The notes: generated by a model not told the origin, from the letters alone. A stretch of DNA of 55,939 bases, filler included, from Hypanus sabinus (GCF_030144855.1; 3 parts of 3 records of this genome joined end to end with filler, not necessarily neighbours in it), one strand, 5' to 3'; positions 12,264-24,379 are shown, counted from the first letter of the whole stretch. Numbers and translations: made by a program.

Positions 12264-12280
12264 AAACACACACACACACA
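12216..12280. repeat. (CA)n microsatellite
   Basis: Seen directly; other simple repeats at about 1227-1285 (GA), 3887-3938 (AT then AG) and 8226-8242 (GATA). Confidence 0.95.
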
Positions 12281-14039
12281 CTCCTACTGACCATCCCAGA
12301 ATCTCCTTGGGCGGGCACGAATTTATGTTGAGAATTTAATCAGTTAGACAGACTGGCAGGTGCATAGACAAAGAGACAGAGAAAGAGTGAGAGCGAGAGA
12401 CAGGGAAGGTGAAAAAGAGAGAGGGGGAGGGAGAGAGAGAACGAATCATTTTTCTGATAGCGTTTTGCTGTAATGCGTGGAAATAAATTAGTCATGAAAA
12501 TTCTTAACAGTGAGATGATGCTCTGGTTCGTGGGCCCTTGCAAAATCTGATAACGAAATGGCAAAATCTGTCTCTGATCTTCTGAATGCGTTTCTTTAGG
12601 CTCCTGACCCTCCTCTGCGATGGTAGTGAAGAGAAGAGGACAATACCTGAATTCTCATCGATGGATACCGCTTTCCTGTGTCACCGCTGCATATAAATAC
12701 TGACGAGGATTGGCGATTATTGAATCGCAACTTGACGGTCGGCGATATTGTGGGTGCAAGGACATAATATGCGGAGTAAGGGAGACACACTGGATAAGGA
12801 GCAAACCGGATTCTCGTTTTAGAAGCTGTGGAACAGCCTTATCGTTTGGCCAATGGTGATATAGTGCCCTCTGCTGGCCGGATAGTCAAAACAAATGAAT
12901 TCTGACGCATGAACCCCCAGGCAAGAGTCATAATGGAGCGCAGCACCCAGACCTGCCCAGCCGTGCGGACCACGTGACCACCTCCCGGATCCTCGCTTCT
13001 TGATTTCAGTGACCGTCCCCAAATGTCTTATCGACGTTATCATTCAAAGATGCTATTGCATTGCCTCAACCTCTTGCGCTAGAAAATCGGTCCCTAGACT
13101 TGTCACCTTCTCGGATCCCTTTAAATCTTTTCACTCTCACTCTGAAACACTGACACTCGCAGTCGCTCTGGATTCCCCTACCCTGCCATCGTCCACCCTA
13201 CCTACAGAGCGGCTGCCATCAATATTATGTTATCCTGCACTCGCTCTTGTTCACTCACGTTTTCCCAGAACAAGGTGCCAAGAAATACACGTCACTGCAA
13301 GTGCGGCCTCCCCAACCACGTATATAATTGAGTCATGATGGGGGCAGCTGCGGGGAAAGTGGTAGGGCTTTGGGTTTCTACCATTTATCTCTTGTTCACT
13401 CTTGGGCCGCGCCTCTGTTTCCGGGGATGTTTGCGAAGAAAAAGAACATTTCAAGATGTATATTGTGTACATTTAACCTTTGAACCAGCTACTATGTCCA
13501 AAGGGTGGCGTGACGGAACATTTCTGCCGCTGGTTTTGGAAACGCACAAGAACCCAAAAGAATTCGCCAGTCGGCAATATTCAGCCGCGATCTGTGGCTC
13601 CCGACCTGAGCCTACGACGCCTTGCTTCATGGTATCGGTGACGGCATAAAATAGTGGCCCTCCCAGACCGTGACGAACCGCATCGAATTGTCCTAACGGC
13701 TCCTCTGAGCTGATTCCACGCTCCAGGTACGCATCAGCTTCCACTCCTCAAGCAGCTCCCCCTCCTGGTCTCCAGGTGACCAGGCCGCCAATCTGGAATG
13801 TGTCGTAAAATTTATTGTTAGTTTTTCAGTAGTCCGGTGCAATAGAACAAACATGCTGTAAATGACAACAAATATAAATAAATGCGGAAATAAATAAATA
13901 AACGGACGACTACGCAGAAAAAAAAACAATAAGTAGCCGATAAATAAATAAATATACCTATATGGAATTAAATATGTAGATATATAAAAGTAACACACAG
14001 ATTTCTCCAACGTCCGTTGAAGTCCCCCTTCCCTTTCTT

Positions 14040-14450
14040 ACACCACCCGTTATTTATTAATTTATTAATCTCTTCCCCCCCCCTTTTGCTTCACTCCTTT
14101 CTCTTTCTCTCCCCCTCTCACAATCACTCCTTGCCTGCTCTCCGTCTACCGCTGGTGCTCTCCTCCCCCTTTCTTTCTTCCTAGGCCTCCCGTCCCATGA
14201 TCATTTCCCCTCTCCAGCTGTGTATCCCTTTTGCCAATCAACTTTCCAGCTCCTCCCCCCTCCTGTTTTCTCCTATTATTTCGGATCTCCCCTTTCCCCT
14301 CCCACTTTCAAATCTGTTCGTATCTTTCCTTTCAGTTAGTCCCGACGAAGGGTCTTGGTCCGAAACCTCGGCAATGCTTCTCCTTATAGATGCTGCCGAG
14401 CCTGCTGTGTTCCACCAGCATTTTGTGTGTGTTGTTTGGATGTCCTGCAT
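14040..14450 (+). mobile_element. Short Penelope-type repeat
   Basis: Pyrimidine-rich body, then CCCGACGAAGGGTCTTGGTCCGAAAC and the tail ...GATGCTGCCGAGCCTGCTGTGTTCCACCAGCATTTTGTGTG, which is shared with 23680-23830(-) and 52215-52330(-). Confidence 0.6.
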
Positions 14451-15706
14451 TGCCCGATGCATGGTGTGATGTCGCCCTCTGCTGGATGGATGGAGAAAGC
14501 AAATTAATTCTATCCCAGATTATGCCCCACCAGCGTCATCGAGCAGCACGGGACAGACACTGGTCAACTCACCAGCCCAAATTTCATATTTTCAAAGCCC
14601 TCCCGTTCACGTTTCTATCCCTGGTCTCAAACTCCGGAAATCCTGAATAACCGACCAGTTCTGCCGCCGGATGCGAGCCCACAAAGTCAGACGAGACGTC
14701 CTTCATCAGCAATATTAATCGTAGACCGAGACCACGGATCCCTTGCATCGTGAAATCTGTCCGTGACATAAATGAAATGGTTGGAAGTCCAGCGGGAGGC
14801 AAACTATATTGACCTGCAATTACAAGTGTTCTCCGCTGATTCCACACTCCAGATCCCTTCCCTTTCTGATTCTGTCAACTTCAGCTCCTCCAACAACTAC
14901 CCCTCCTTGTCTCCAGGCGACCAGGCCGCCAATCTGAGGCGGAGGAATCACAAGGTGAAGAATGACGGATCATTATCAGAACCGGAATCCGGTTTATCAT
15001 GACTGGTATATGTGGTAAAATGTATTGTTACTTCGACAGCAGTCCGGTGCAATGGATCAAATATATTATCAATTACAGTAAATGTGATTAAATACACAAA
15101 TAAATTGATAAATAGACGACTGCGCAGATAATAAATAGCAGATAAATAAATAGACTAATACGGAAATTAATAGCTAGGTAAAAAATCAGATGTACAATTA
15201 NNNNNNNNNNNNNNNNNNNNNNNNNNNNNNNNNNNNNNNNNNNNNNNNNNNNNNNNNNNNNNNNNNNNNNNNNNNNNNNNNNNNNNNNNNNNNNNNNNNN
15301 NNNNNNNNNNNNNNNNNNNNNNNNNNNNNNNNNNNNNNNNGGTTCAAACAAGAGAGGACATAAAACACGGGGTGGTGTTCATGGGTTCATGTTCCGATCA
15401 GAAATCTGATGGCGGAGGGGAAGAAGCTGTTCCTGAATCGTTGTGTGTGGATCCCCGGTCTCCCGCACTTGCCCCTGATGGTAGTAATGAGAAGAGGGCA
15501 TGTACTGGGTGGTGGAGCTCGACAATGATTGATGCTGCCTTACTGAGGGATCGCCTGTTGAAGATGTGCTCTGTGCTGGGCGGGCTACTGTTAATGATGG
15601 CGGAGTTTACTACCCGCTAAAGACGCGAAAGTCTCCAGATGCTGTCCTTCCGAATCAACACACACACAAATTGTTGTCAGAACTCACCAGGTCTGGGCGC
15701 ACATAT

Positions 15707-15717
15707 GGAAATGACGT
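15707..15717 (+). promoter_or_regulatory. ETS-CRE-like composite motif
   Basis: GGAAATGACGT lies about 150 nt 5' of the leader ATG and is conserved in the inverted paralog (50910-50920). Confidence 0.45.
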
Positions 15718-15867
15718 TTCGGGCTTTGTCCCACCTCTTCAGCATTCTCCGTACTCCGGATTGGAGACTGAGGGCAGCAATGTGCCCGGAAGGGGCGGGG
15801 TCCTGATGCCGCATTTTCTCCCGCAATTGTTCCCTCGCACAACACAGAGAAGGATCCCGGAGAGAGG

Positions 15868-17157
15868 ATGTTGCTGTTTCTCGTCCTGGCGCCGTTGCTT
15901 CAGGGTATGAAATAATCTCACACAATAATTAATCTTCAATCCGTAACCAGGTCTGGTCACTCTGTCAAACTGGAACGAGTGCGGAGATGCTTTGTCAGAA
16001 TTTTGCCGGAGTCTGCGTGTCCGTGATACAGGGAGAGGTTCGCGTCGACTCGCATTTCATTCCCGGGACAGTCGACAATAATCGCAAGGGCACAGAATTA
16101 AAACGGGACGGGAACGGGGGCTTATAACAAGACGGCACGGGTTTATGATGAGAGGGGACAGATTGTAAGGGAACACCAGATATTAATGGTTACTTAGAAC
16201 TGGCAAGCAGAAATAATGGCGGATATAATAACAAAGATTAAACATCGTCTACTAGTGCAGAAGGGCGTCGACAGGAGAGGTTCACGTGGCTTTTGGCCGG
16301 ACACGGGAAACTGGGACGGTCTCCGTTGTAAACAGTTTCAGTATGGACGACTTCGGCCGAAGGGATCGTTCCCAAGACGATGTCAAAGTTAATGTGGAGT
16401 TTATTGTGCTTGACCAACTAACTGCCGGCAAAATCAAAGGCACAGAACATCAGACAAGCAACATTTGTTGGGGAAAATGACGGCAATATGAATTATTCAC
16501 GACTTTGTACAAGAAACAGGACAATTAGTATAGAGACAAACCAGGTCTGTTTCAATGTACAATAGTCAAGGTGGTCGCGGTGTTGCTAAACTGTAGTGAT
16601 TCAGGTGCTGCAGTTTGGGTTACGAATGCGTCAAAGAAGGTGGAAATAATTATCATATCAACATTTTATGCTCTTTAATATGCAGATATTGCTAATTATA
16701 ATATTTCCTCAAGCGTTGTGTTTCTTATCATTGTCCAGAATCATCGATGTTTTCTCAGATGGATCACATCGTTCCTTTTCTCCTAAACCTCGTCCTCCCG
16801 TTTAACAATCGGGTCTTCCACTGATCTCGCTCCACTTCCCGTTCCCTTCCGCAGGAGCGACCTCGCAGTCCGTTCGCCAGGACACGCCGGCTCTCTCCAA
16901 ATCTCCTGAAGAGAGCGTGGAGCTGAAATGCATCCTGGACGGCGGTAGCGCTGGCAATTATCTCTACTGGTACCGACAATATCCCGGGAAGGAGATTCAG
17001 AACCTGTTTCATTCCGTGGGTATTGACTCAGTAATTCCGGGGGGGGGGGGGTTGTGGACGGCTTCACCGCCCGGAGACCCAATACAGAGACGTTCATTCT
17101 CAGCTCGGCCAGCGTGCGCCCGGACCAGTCGGCCGTCTACTACTGCGCCTGGAGTCT
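15868..17157 (+). pseudogene. TRBV: TCR beta V segment with a frameshift in a G13 run (possibly a sequencing error)
   Basis: Leader 15868-15904 (MLLFLVLAPLLQ, donor GTATGA) and acceptor 16854 give GATSQSVRQDTPALSKSPEESVELKC...YLYWYRQYPGKEIQNLFHS. The frame shifts at G13 (17039-17051) and resumes as VDGFTARRPNTETFILSSASVRPDQSAVYYCAWS. Confidence 0.88.
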
Positions 17158-17196
17158 CACAGTGGCTCAGAGACACGCCGGGGCCTGACAACAAAC
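17158..17196 (+). other. 23-RSS
   Basis: CACAGTG-N23-ACAACAAAC. Confidence 0.88.
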
Positions 17197-18734
17197 TTCG
17201 CCGGCGACAGCAAGCAGCTGATCTGTGAGACTCGTTGATCTTGGTTTCACAGATCACGAACGTGCTGGTTAAAAAACAAACGCCAGGCAACATCAACGCG
17301 TCTGCAGGTGGGACTGAGAAACAGAGGGATCGTTCCGGATTGGCTCGAGGTGCGGGGATCAAATCTGTTGCCAAATGACGGGACAGTGATCTGGGGGAGA
17401 CGGACCCTCACATGGGAGTGGACGTAGAGTAGCTGGCGGCACGGTACAGGAGCGCTGCGGGCAACGTGACGATGGTATAGCGCGCGCATTCATTTCCGCC
17501 GTGTTCGTGCGGGCTTCCTCTAGTTTCCCCACACATTCATAATCATTCGTACTTTACAAAGAATTACTGCGACGCCTTGAAGAAATGGAAGATCAATTCC
17601 ACAGAGGCTGGGCAAACGGACAGTCCTTCTGGGAGATGAAGACGGGATATGATTTTCACGTGAATTCGTTGAGGTTGCACCTGGAGTCTTAAGTGCTCTT
17701 CGCCGAGAATCTCCGAGCGCATCACGATTTTATGTTGAGAGAGCACAGAAACAGAAATGTTTCCTTTGGTGGGAGGGTCTAAGGTCAGAGGGCAAAGCTT
17801 CGGAACAGAGGGGCGTCCCATACGGAACTGGGATAAGGGGAATTCCGCCGCCAGGGAGTAATGAATCTGTGGGATTCCTGGCCACAGGCAGCTGGGGAGG
17901 CCGAAATTTATGTATATGTAAGAGGAGTTGAAATATTCTTGTTCGGTCAGGGTATGACGGGATTCGGAGAGAGGAAAGGAGATCGGGGGCAGAGTGGGAT
18001 GTTGGATCAGGCGAGATGAAATGGCGGAGCGGACTGGGTGGGTAAAATGGCCCTGAGTCTGATCCTATATATATTTATGGTCTGAACAGGATAGCGTCTG
18101 TGGAAAAGGGTAAACAGTCGGCGTTTCAGGCCGAGGCCCTTCGGAAGGACAGGGTAAAAAAGATGAGAAGTCAGATTAAGAACGTGTGGGGGTAGTGTAG
18201 GGAAATGCCGGTTGACTGGTGAAATCTGAAGGGGAGCGGGTGGGGTGAAGTATTGAGTTGGAAGGTTGACTGGTGAATGAGATACAGGGCTGGAGAAGGG
18301 GGCGTCTAATAGGAAAGTTGAATAGCCATGGAAGAAGGAAAAGCGGGCAGCACCAACAAAGGGAAGGGAAAAATGACAGAGTAAATTTGAAATGGTGAAG
18401 GGGGCGTTACCGGTAGTTCGTGAAATCGATGTTCATACCGTGGTTTTCGCATTCTAACTGTGCTTGTCCATGATGAGCGGGGCACGTTTGTTTACCGATA
18501 GTGATGCGCGTCTGAAACGCGCTGAAAACAGTGGTGGAGGATGATGGATCAGAAGGGAATGAAGGAACATTCACCCATATGCAAATCGGCTTAGTGTGAT
18601 TTGCATCATTCACGGTACTGTGCTATATGGTACGTACCTCTGCCGTCAATCATGCGCCCTTTATGTGTGACGTGGAAGAAGCAGCAAATGTCATTTCCTC
18701 TTCTCTCCTCGAGCTCCTCATTGTCGACAAGACA

Positions 18735-18773
18735 GGTTTTTGTCGCGTCTGCACGTTTCTCTCTATTACTGTG
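18735..18773 (-). other. 23-RSS
   Basis: On the minus strand: CACAGTA-N23-ACAAAAACC. Confidence 0.93.
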
Positions 18774-19443
18774 TCGACTCCAGGCGCAGTAGTACACGGC
18801 CGACTGATTGGCCCAGAGATTGTCGGTTCTCAGAAAGAAAGTCTTTACCTCAGGCCTCTTGGCGTTGAATCCATCCACGGCTTTGTCCGGAGTTACTATA
18901 TCTGTGCCAGCGGAGTGGAACAAGTACTGGGGAGCTCCTCCCGGGTATTGCCGGTACCAGTACATGTATGGATTGCTACTGCCTCCAGATAGCGTGCAGC
19001 TCAGTCGGACATCCTTCCCTGGAGGCGCGGAGACAGCCTGCGGAGTCTGATGGATCTTCTGCGAATTCGTCTCTGGCCCAAAGACAGGGAGAAGAGAACG
19101 GTCAGTGAGTAGGGAGAGCCGGAGACAGAGGAGAGAAGGAATGGTCAGCGAGGGGTGAGTGAGGGAAAGCAGAGGGACGACTGCGCACAGGAAAACCAGC
19201 TGTCCATTCGGTCCTCAATTATTTGCTAGCCCCTACTAGTTATAGATCTATTCTGGCCTCTGGAATACAATAACTATTTTACTTTACTGAAATATCCCAT
19301 ATTCAGGCAGTGAAGGAATTGGATATAAATATAATTTTTCAATATTTGTGGATTTCCAAGGCTGAAGGGTTGAGCAGGCGAGGTGAAATTTACTGACCGG
19401 GGTAGTAGAAAATACAACCCAGAAAGAGGGCGAGGAATCTCAT
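18774..19443 (-). CDS. TRBV: T-cell receptor beta variable segment, apparently functional (L exon 19443-19398, V exon 19072-18774)
   Basis: The leader MRFLALFLGCIFYYP (donor GTCAGT) splices to ETNSQKIHQTPQAVSAPPGKDVRLSCTLSGGSSNPYMYWYRQYPGGAPQYLFHS...GFNAKRPEVKTFFL...QSAVYYCAWSR. From memory it closely resembles human TRBV30 (SQTIHQ..SNP.LYWYRQ..LFYS..RP..F.L..CAWS). Confidence 0.93.
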
Positions 19444-20274
19444 TTTGTGATTTGGCTGCAGCGTCCGCGCCCGACGAGGGTCCTTGACTCAGTGAACTAG
19501 GAGAAGCGTCGAGCTGGGGAGGTAGATGACGTGTCAGTCCAAATTCCTCCCACCCAATCGGCGCGGGAAGTGGGCTGTGGCCAAGTTCAGACAATGCCGG
19601 CCTGTGCGGCATGTGATTGGCTCGCCGTCGTCCAATGATCTCCGGAGAATGCGCATGGGCGTGAGATCGTTTAAGGACGCGGCGCTCCTTATGGCTGTTC
19701 GCCGCTCGCTACCGATGACGCATCTGATAACTTTAATTCCTCGTTAATTTGTCGCAAGTTGCCGAGAGGACCGCAGCTCGTACCCCCAACTCCCGAAATT
19801 GCAACCTGTATCCGTCCCCTGGTAGCTTAGGTTTCCCTTACTGCCTGACTTATCTCACTTTCATTCAACATCGCCATCACCCTTCACTGACAAGCCAAGA
19901 ATGAGGTCTATAATACCGGGTCAGTNNNNNNNNNNNNNNNNNNNNNNNNNNNNNNNNNNNNNNNNNNNNNNNNNNNNNNNNNNNNNNNNNNNNNNNNNNN
20001 NNNNNNNNNNNNNNNNNNNNNNNNNNNNNNNNNNNNNNNNNNNNNNNNNNNNNNNNNNNNNNNNNNNNNNNNNNNNNNNNNNNNNNNNNNNNNNNNNNNN
20101 NNNNNNNNNNNNNNNNNNNNNNNNNNNNNNNNNNNNNNNNNNNNNNNNNNNNNNNNNNNNNNNNNNNNNNNNNNNNNNNNNNNNGTGAGTGAGAGAAAGA
20201 GAGAGGAGAGATACGGCGAAAGAGAGTAGAGTAGAGAAAGAGGATCAAACAGTTGAGGGAGCAGATCTAAGGCG

Positions 20275-20705
20275 AGAGGAGCGATTTAACGAGGACCTCA
20301 GTTGCAACACCTTCTTCCTGAGGATGGTCCGTGTGTGGAACGAGCTACGAGAGGAACTCTTAACTCACGTCCTCTTGTTTGAATCTCCCCTACTCTCAAC
20401 GGAAAACGCCTATCTACGTCAACTCTCTCTATACCTAGCATAATATTAAATACCTCTATCAAGTTCCCCTTCAATCTTCTACACTCCAACGAATAAAGAC
20501 CTAACTTGTTCAACTTTTCACTGGAATTTTGGTGTTGAAACCCAGGTAACATTTTAGTAAATCTCCTCTGTACTCTCTCTATTTTGTTGACATCTTTCCT
20601 ATAATTCGGTGACCAGAACTGTACACAATACTCCAAATTCGGCCTTACCAATGCCTTGTACAATTTATCATTACATCCCAACTCCTATACTCAATGCTCT
20701 GATTT
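20275..20705 (-). mobile_element. CR1 LINE fragment (RT C-terminal region)
   Basis: ORF reads LYKALVRPNLEYCVQFWSPNYRKDVNKIERVQRRFTKM. Confidence 0.9.
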
Positions 20706-20711
20706 GTAAAG

Positions 20712-21475
20712 GTTGATGGAGAAGATCCTGAGAGGCAGGATTTATGAGCATTTGCAGAGACATAATCTGATTAGGGATAGCCAGCATGGCTCTGTCAAGG
20801 GCAAGTCGTGGCTTGCGAGCCTGATTGAATTCTTCAAGGACGTAAGAAAACACATTGATGAAGGTAGAGCAGTGCATGGAGTGTGTATGGATTTCAGAAA
20901 GGTTCCCAATATTATTGCGAAAGTCAGGAGGGACAGATTCCATGGGGACATTACTTTGTGGATCCAGAACTGGAACAGAAGGCAAAGAGTGGTTGTAGAC
21001 GGGTGATATTCTGCATGGAGTTCGGTCCCCAGTGGAGTGCCTCAGGGATCTGTTCTGGGACCACTTCTGTCGTGATTTTTAAAAATGATCAGGATGAGGA
21101 AGTGGAGGGATGGGTTAGTAAGTCTGCTGATGACACAAATGTAGGTGGTGCTGTGGATAGTGCGGAGGGCTGTTAGAGGTTACAGCGGGACATTGATAGG
21201 ATGCAGAACTGGGCTGAGAAGTGGCAGATGGAGTTCAACCCAGATAAGTGTGAGGTAGTTCATTTTGTTCGGTCAAATAAGATGGCAGAATATAGCAATA
21301 ATATTAAGACTCTTGACAGTGTCGGGGAAAAGAGAGATCTTGGGTTCCGTGCCCATAGGACACTCAAAGCTGCTACACAGGTTGACTCTGGTTAAGAAGG
21401 CGTATGGTGTATTGGCCTTCATCAATCGTGGGATTGAGTTTAGGAGCCGAGAGGTAATGTTGCAGCTATATCGGA
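20712..21475 (+). mobile_element. CR1 LINE fragment (RT core), degenerate
   Basis: LIRDSQHGSVKGKS..LIEFF, SADDT and WQMEFNPDKCEVVHF motifs in shifting frames. Confidence 0.9.
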
Positions 21476-21575
21476 NNNNNNNNNNNNNNNNNNNNNNNNN
21501 NNNNNNNNNNNNNNNNNNNTTAATTAATTAANNNNNNNNNNNNNNNNNNNNNNNNNNNNNNNNNNNNNNNNNNNN
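21476..21575. other. Artificial contig spacer (Ns around TAATTAATTAA)
   Basis: Exactly 100 bp: N45 + TAATTAATTAA + N44. It matches the second spacer, and TTAATTAATTAA gives stop codons in all six frames. Confidence 0.85.
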
Positions 21576-22184
21576 TATCAATTTACAAGCATTGTAGATG
21601 ATCCCTCCCATGAGTCCCATAATGTCTTTGACCACCCCACCCGACCACTGTCAGCAGGAGGTACTGCAGTATTAGGACAAGGGAATGGGAAGTGATTTCG
21701 AATCCAGGCCGAGAGGGACAAGGGAATGTTAGAATGGGAAGCAGCTTCTTCTCCCAGGCCGAGAACTCACTGCACCACCCCACCCAGGTCTCATCGAGCA
21801 CGAAGCACCAGTAGTGTCATACTGTTTACTTTTTAAACTTGTGTTGTAAATGCTCCTTACTATTTATTAATTTATTTCTGGTAGTGTGCGTGCATGTCTG
21901 GAGAAACGTTTGGCAGTATACGCGCACAGTTTGACTGACAATAAACCAAAGTTGAAGATACATGGGATTGTTCTGTGGGTTTTTCAGTGGTTTCAAAGTA
22001 TGAATACTAAATACAACCTTGAGATTCATCTCCTTACGGGCAGCCACAAAACACAAAAACCCAAGAGAACACGTTAAATAGACTGTCAAACACCCAAAGA
22101 GCAGAGAAAAAAAACCAAATTGTGCAAACAATAAGAGTAAGAAAATAGCATTCAGAACAAAAGTGAGGCCATTCACAGAGCAGG

Positions 22185-23340
22185 CCACAGTTCAGCGCAG
22201 AGCCGAGTGTACGTCACAGGGCCGAGTGTACGTCACAGGGCCTAGAGCAGACCACAGCCATGACAACAGTTCAGCGCAGAGCCGAGTGTACGTCACAGAG
22301 TCTAGAGCAGACCACAGCCATGACCACAGTTCAGCGCAGAGCCGAGTGTACGTCACAGAGTCTAGAGTAGACCACAGCCATGACCACAGTTCAGTGCAGA
22401 GCCGAGTGTACATCACAGAGCCTGGAGCAGACCACAGTTCAGCGCAGAACCGAGTGTACGTCACAGAGTCTACAGCAGACCACAGCCATGACCACAGTTC
22501 AGTGCAGAGCCGAGTGTACATCACAGAGTCTAGAGCAGACCACAGCCATGACCACAGTTCAGTGCAGAGCCGGGTGTACATCACAGAGTCTAGTGCAGAC
22601 CACAGCCATGACCACAGTTCAGTGCAGAGCCGAGTGTACATCACAGAGCCTGGAGCAGACCACAGTTCAGCGCAGAGCCGAGTGTACATCACAGAGTCTA
22701 GAGCAGACCACAGCCATGACCACAGTTCAGCGCAGAGCCGAGTGTACATCACAGAGTCTAGAGCAGACCACAGCCATGACCACAGTTCAGCGCAGAGCCG
22801 AGTGTACATCACAGAGTCTAGAGCAGACCACAGCCATGACCACAGTTCAGCGCAGAGCCGAGTGTACATCACAGAGTCTAGAGCAGACCACAGCCATGAC
22901 CACAGTTCAGCGCAGAGCCGAGTGTACATCACAGAGTCTAGAGCAGACCACAGCCATGACCACAGTTCAGCGCAGAGCCGAGTGTACATCACAGAGTCTA
23001 GAGCAGACCACAGCCATGACCACAGTTCAGCGCAGAGCCGAGTGTACATCACAGAGTCTAGAGCAGACCACAGCCATGACCACAGTTCAGCGCAGAGCCG
23101 AGTGTACATCACAGAGTCTAGAGCAGACCACAGCCATGACCACAGTTCAGCGCAGAGCCGAGTGTACATCACAGAGTCTAGAGTAGACCACAGCCATGAC
23201 CACAGTTCAGCGCAGAGCCGAGTGTATATCACAGAGCCTGGAGCAGACCACAGTTCAGCGCAGAGCCGAGTGTACGTCACAGAGTCTAGAGTAGACCACA
23301 GCCATGACCACAGTTCAGCGCAGAGCCGAGTGTACGTCAG
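22185..23340. repeat. 60-bp minisatellite, about 20 units, with 48-bp variants
   Basis: Unit CACAGTTCAGCGCAGAGCCGAGTGTACATCACAGAGTCTAGAGCAGACCACAGCCATGAC; eight consecutive 60-bp sequence lines (22681-23160) are identical. Confidence 0.97.
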
Positions 23341-24379
23341 TGAGAGCAAGCAGAACCAGCCCGACCCTCACCTCTTGTTCTGATAGCCCAACTTTTCAAT
23401 CCGTCTGGCCAGGCAACACACCAAGACCCAGACCCTGCTGCATCGAATCTCTGGTCTTGGGCCCTGCACCATGTTTTGGCCTGAACCTGGTCCTTCCAAT
23501 TCGGCCTGGTGCTTAGATCAATCAAACTTCACTCTCCATTTAGACAATGGGCCTCAAATCTGCTGTTCTTCCACTCAGCTGAACATGCCTCAACCTTGGC
23601 CCATATTATCAGAAACCAGCTACCCAATGGTTAACTGATGAATGGAATTTCTGTTATCTCCAGTCCATTAGAAGGTCGCAGTAACAGATAAAATGCTGGA
23701 GGAACTCAGCAGATCAGGCAGCATCTACGGAGATCAATAAATAATCGATGTTTTGGTCCGAGACCCTTCTCAGGACCACAACTACTTTTGGTCTTTTTCA
23801 TTTCTTTGTCTCCGGATGCTTTTTCTTTCCTCTCCGCCTTCGCCGTTGTAATGCTTCCAGTAAGATGGTGGCGTGTTTGATCCCAGAGACAACCAAAGGT
23901 GTTACTGTCCATTTTAAATGTACTTTTTATCATCACAAGACCCTGCTGCATGGTACTGCAGGTCTGCCCCATTAGTGAGTTGCTGATTGGTGGAGAAAGT
24001 GAGGGAGCTGGCTGGTGCTGGAGTGCAGTCTAACAGCGAGTCTCATCTTAGTAACTCTACTTGTGATCGCCAGACCTTGTTAATGTGGAATGCTGCAAGT
24101 CCCATTCACTGATTTATTGGCGGACGGCAGGAGGGGCCTCGGTCAGGTTTCAGGCCACAGAGTCACCCGTGTACAGCTGCCCAGGAGAGGGGCATCGGAG
24201 TCAGTGCGGCTGGCACTGTGGGTCGCTGCTGCCCCTAGTGTTCACTTGCCAGAAGACAAGCTGCATTGCATTCAACTACACACTCCTGAAACATTCATGA
24301 ACTCAGTCTTGGACTAAACGTTTTGTGTGATGGTATTTTATTGATACTTTATTGTCACCAAACAATTGATACTAGAGTA

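Larger units (their letters stand above)
14330..17370 (+). repeat. Segmental duplicate; inverted copy at about 49800-52330
   Basis: Blocks 14330-15200, 15400-15960 and 16830-17370 match 52330-51480, 51245-50575 and 50330-49800 in reverse complement, including the V gene. Confidence 0.9.

Noticed and set aside
13200-13400. WGQLRGK resembling a WxRQxPGK motif
   Set aside because: Stops nearby and no correctly spaced Cys, YxC or RSS.
17730-17790. TTTTATGTTGAGAGAG-CACAGAA resembling an IgH V 3' end
   Set aside because: No nonamer and no recognisable upstream V framework.
20275-21475. Twin-priming (5' inversion) of one CR1 element
   Set aside because: The two opposed fragments overlap by about 60 bp with clearly different sequence (EYRSWDVM versus EFRSREVM), so they are separate insertions.
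22185-23340. CRISPR-like array
   Set aside because: The units are head-to-tail with no unique spacers, there are no cas genes, and the DNA is eukaryotic.
22163-23383. 406-aa His/Ser-rich ORF and overlapping long ORFs
   Set aside because: They result from a stop-free 60-bp repeat that is open in several frames on both strands; there is no gene context.
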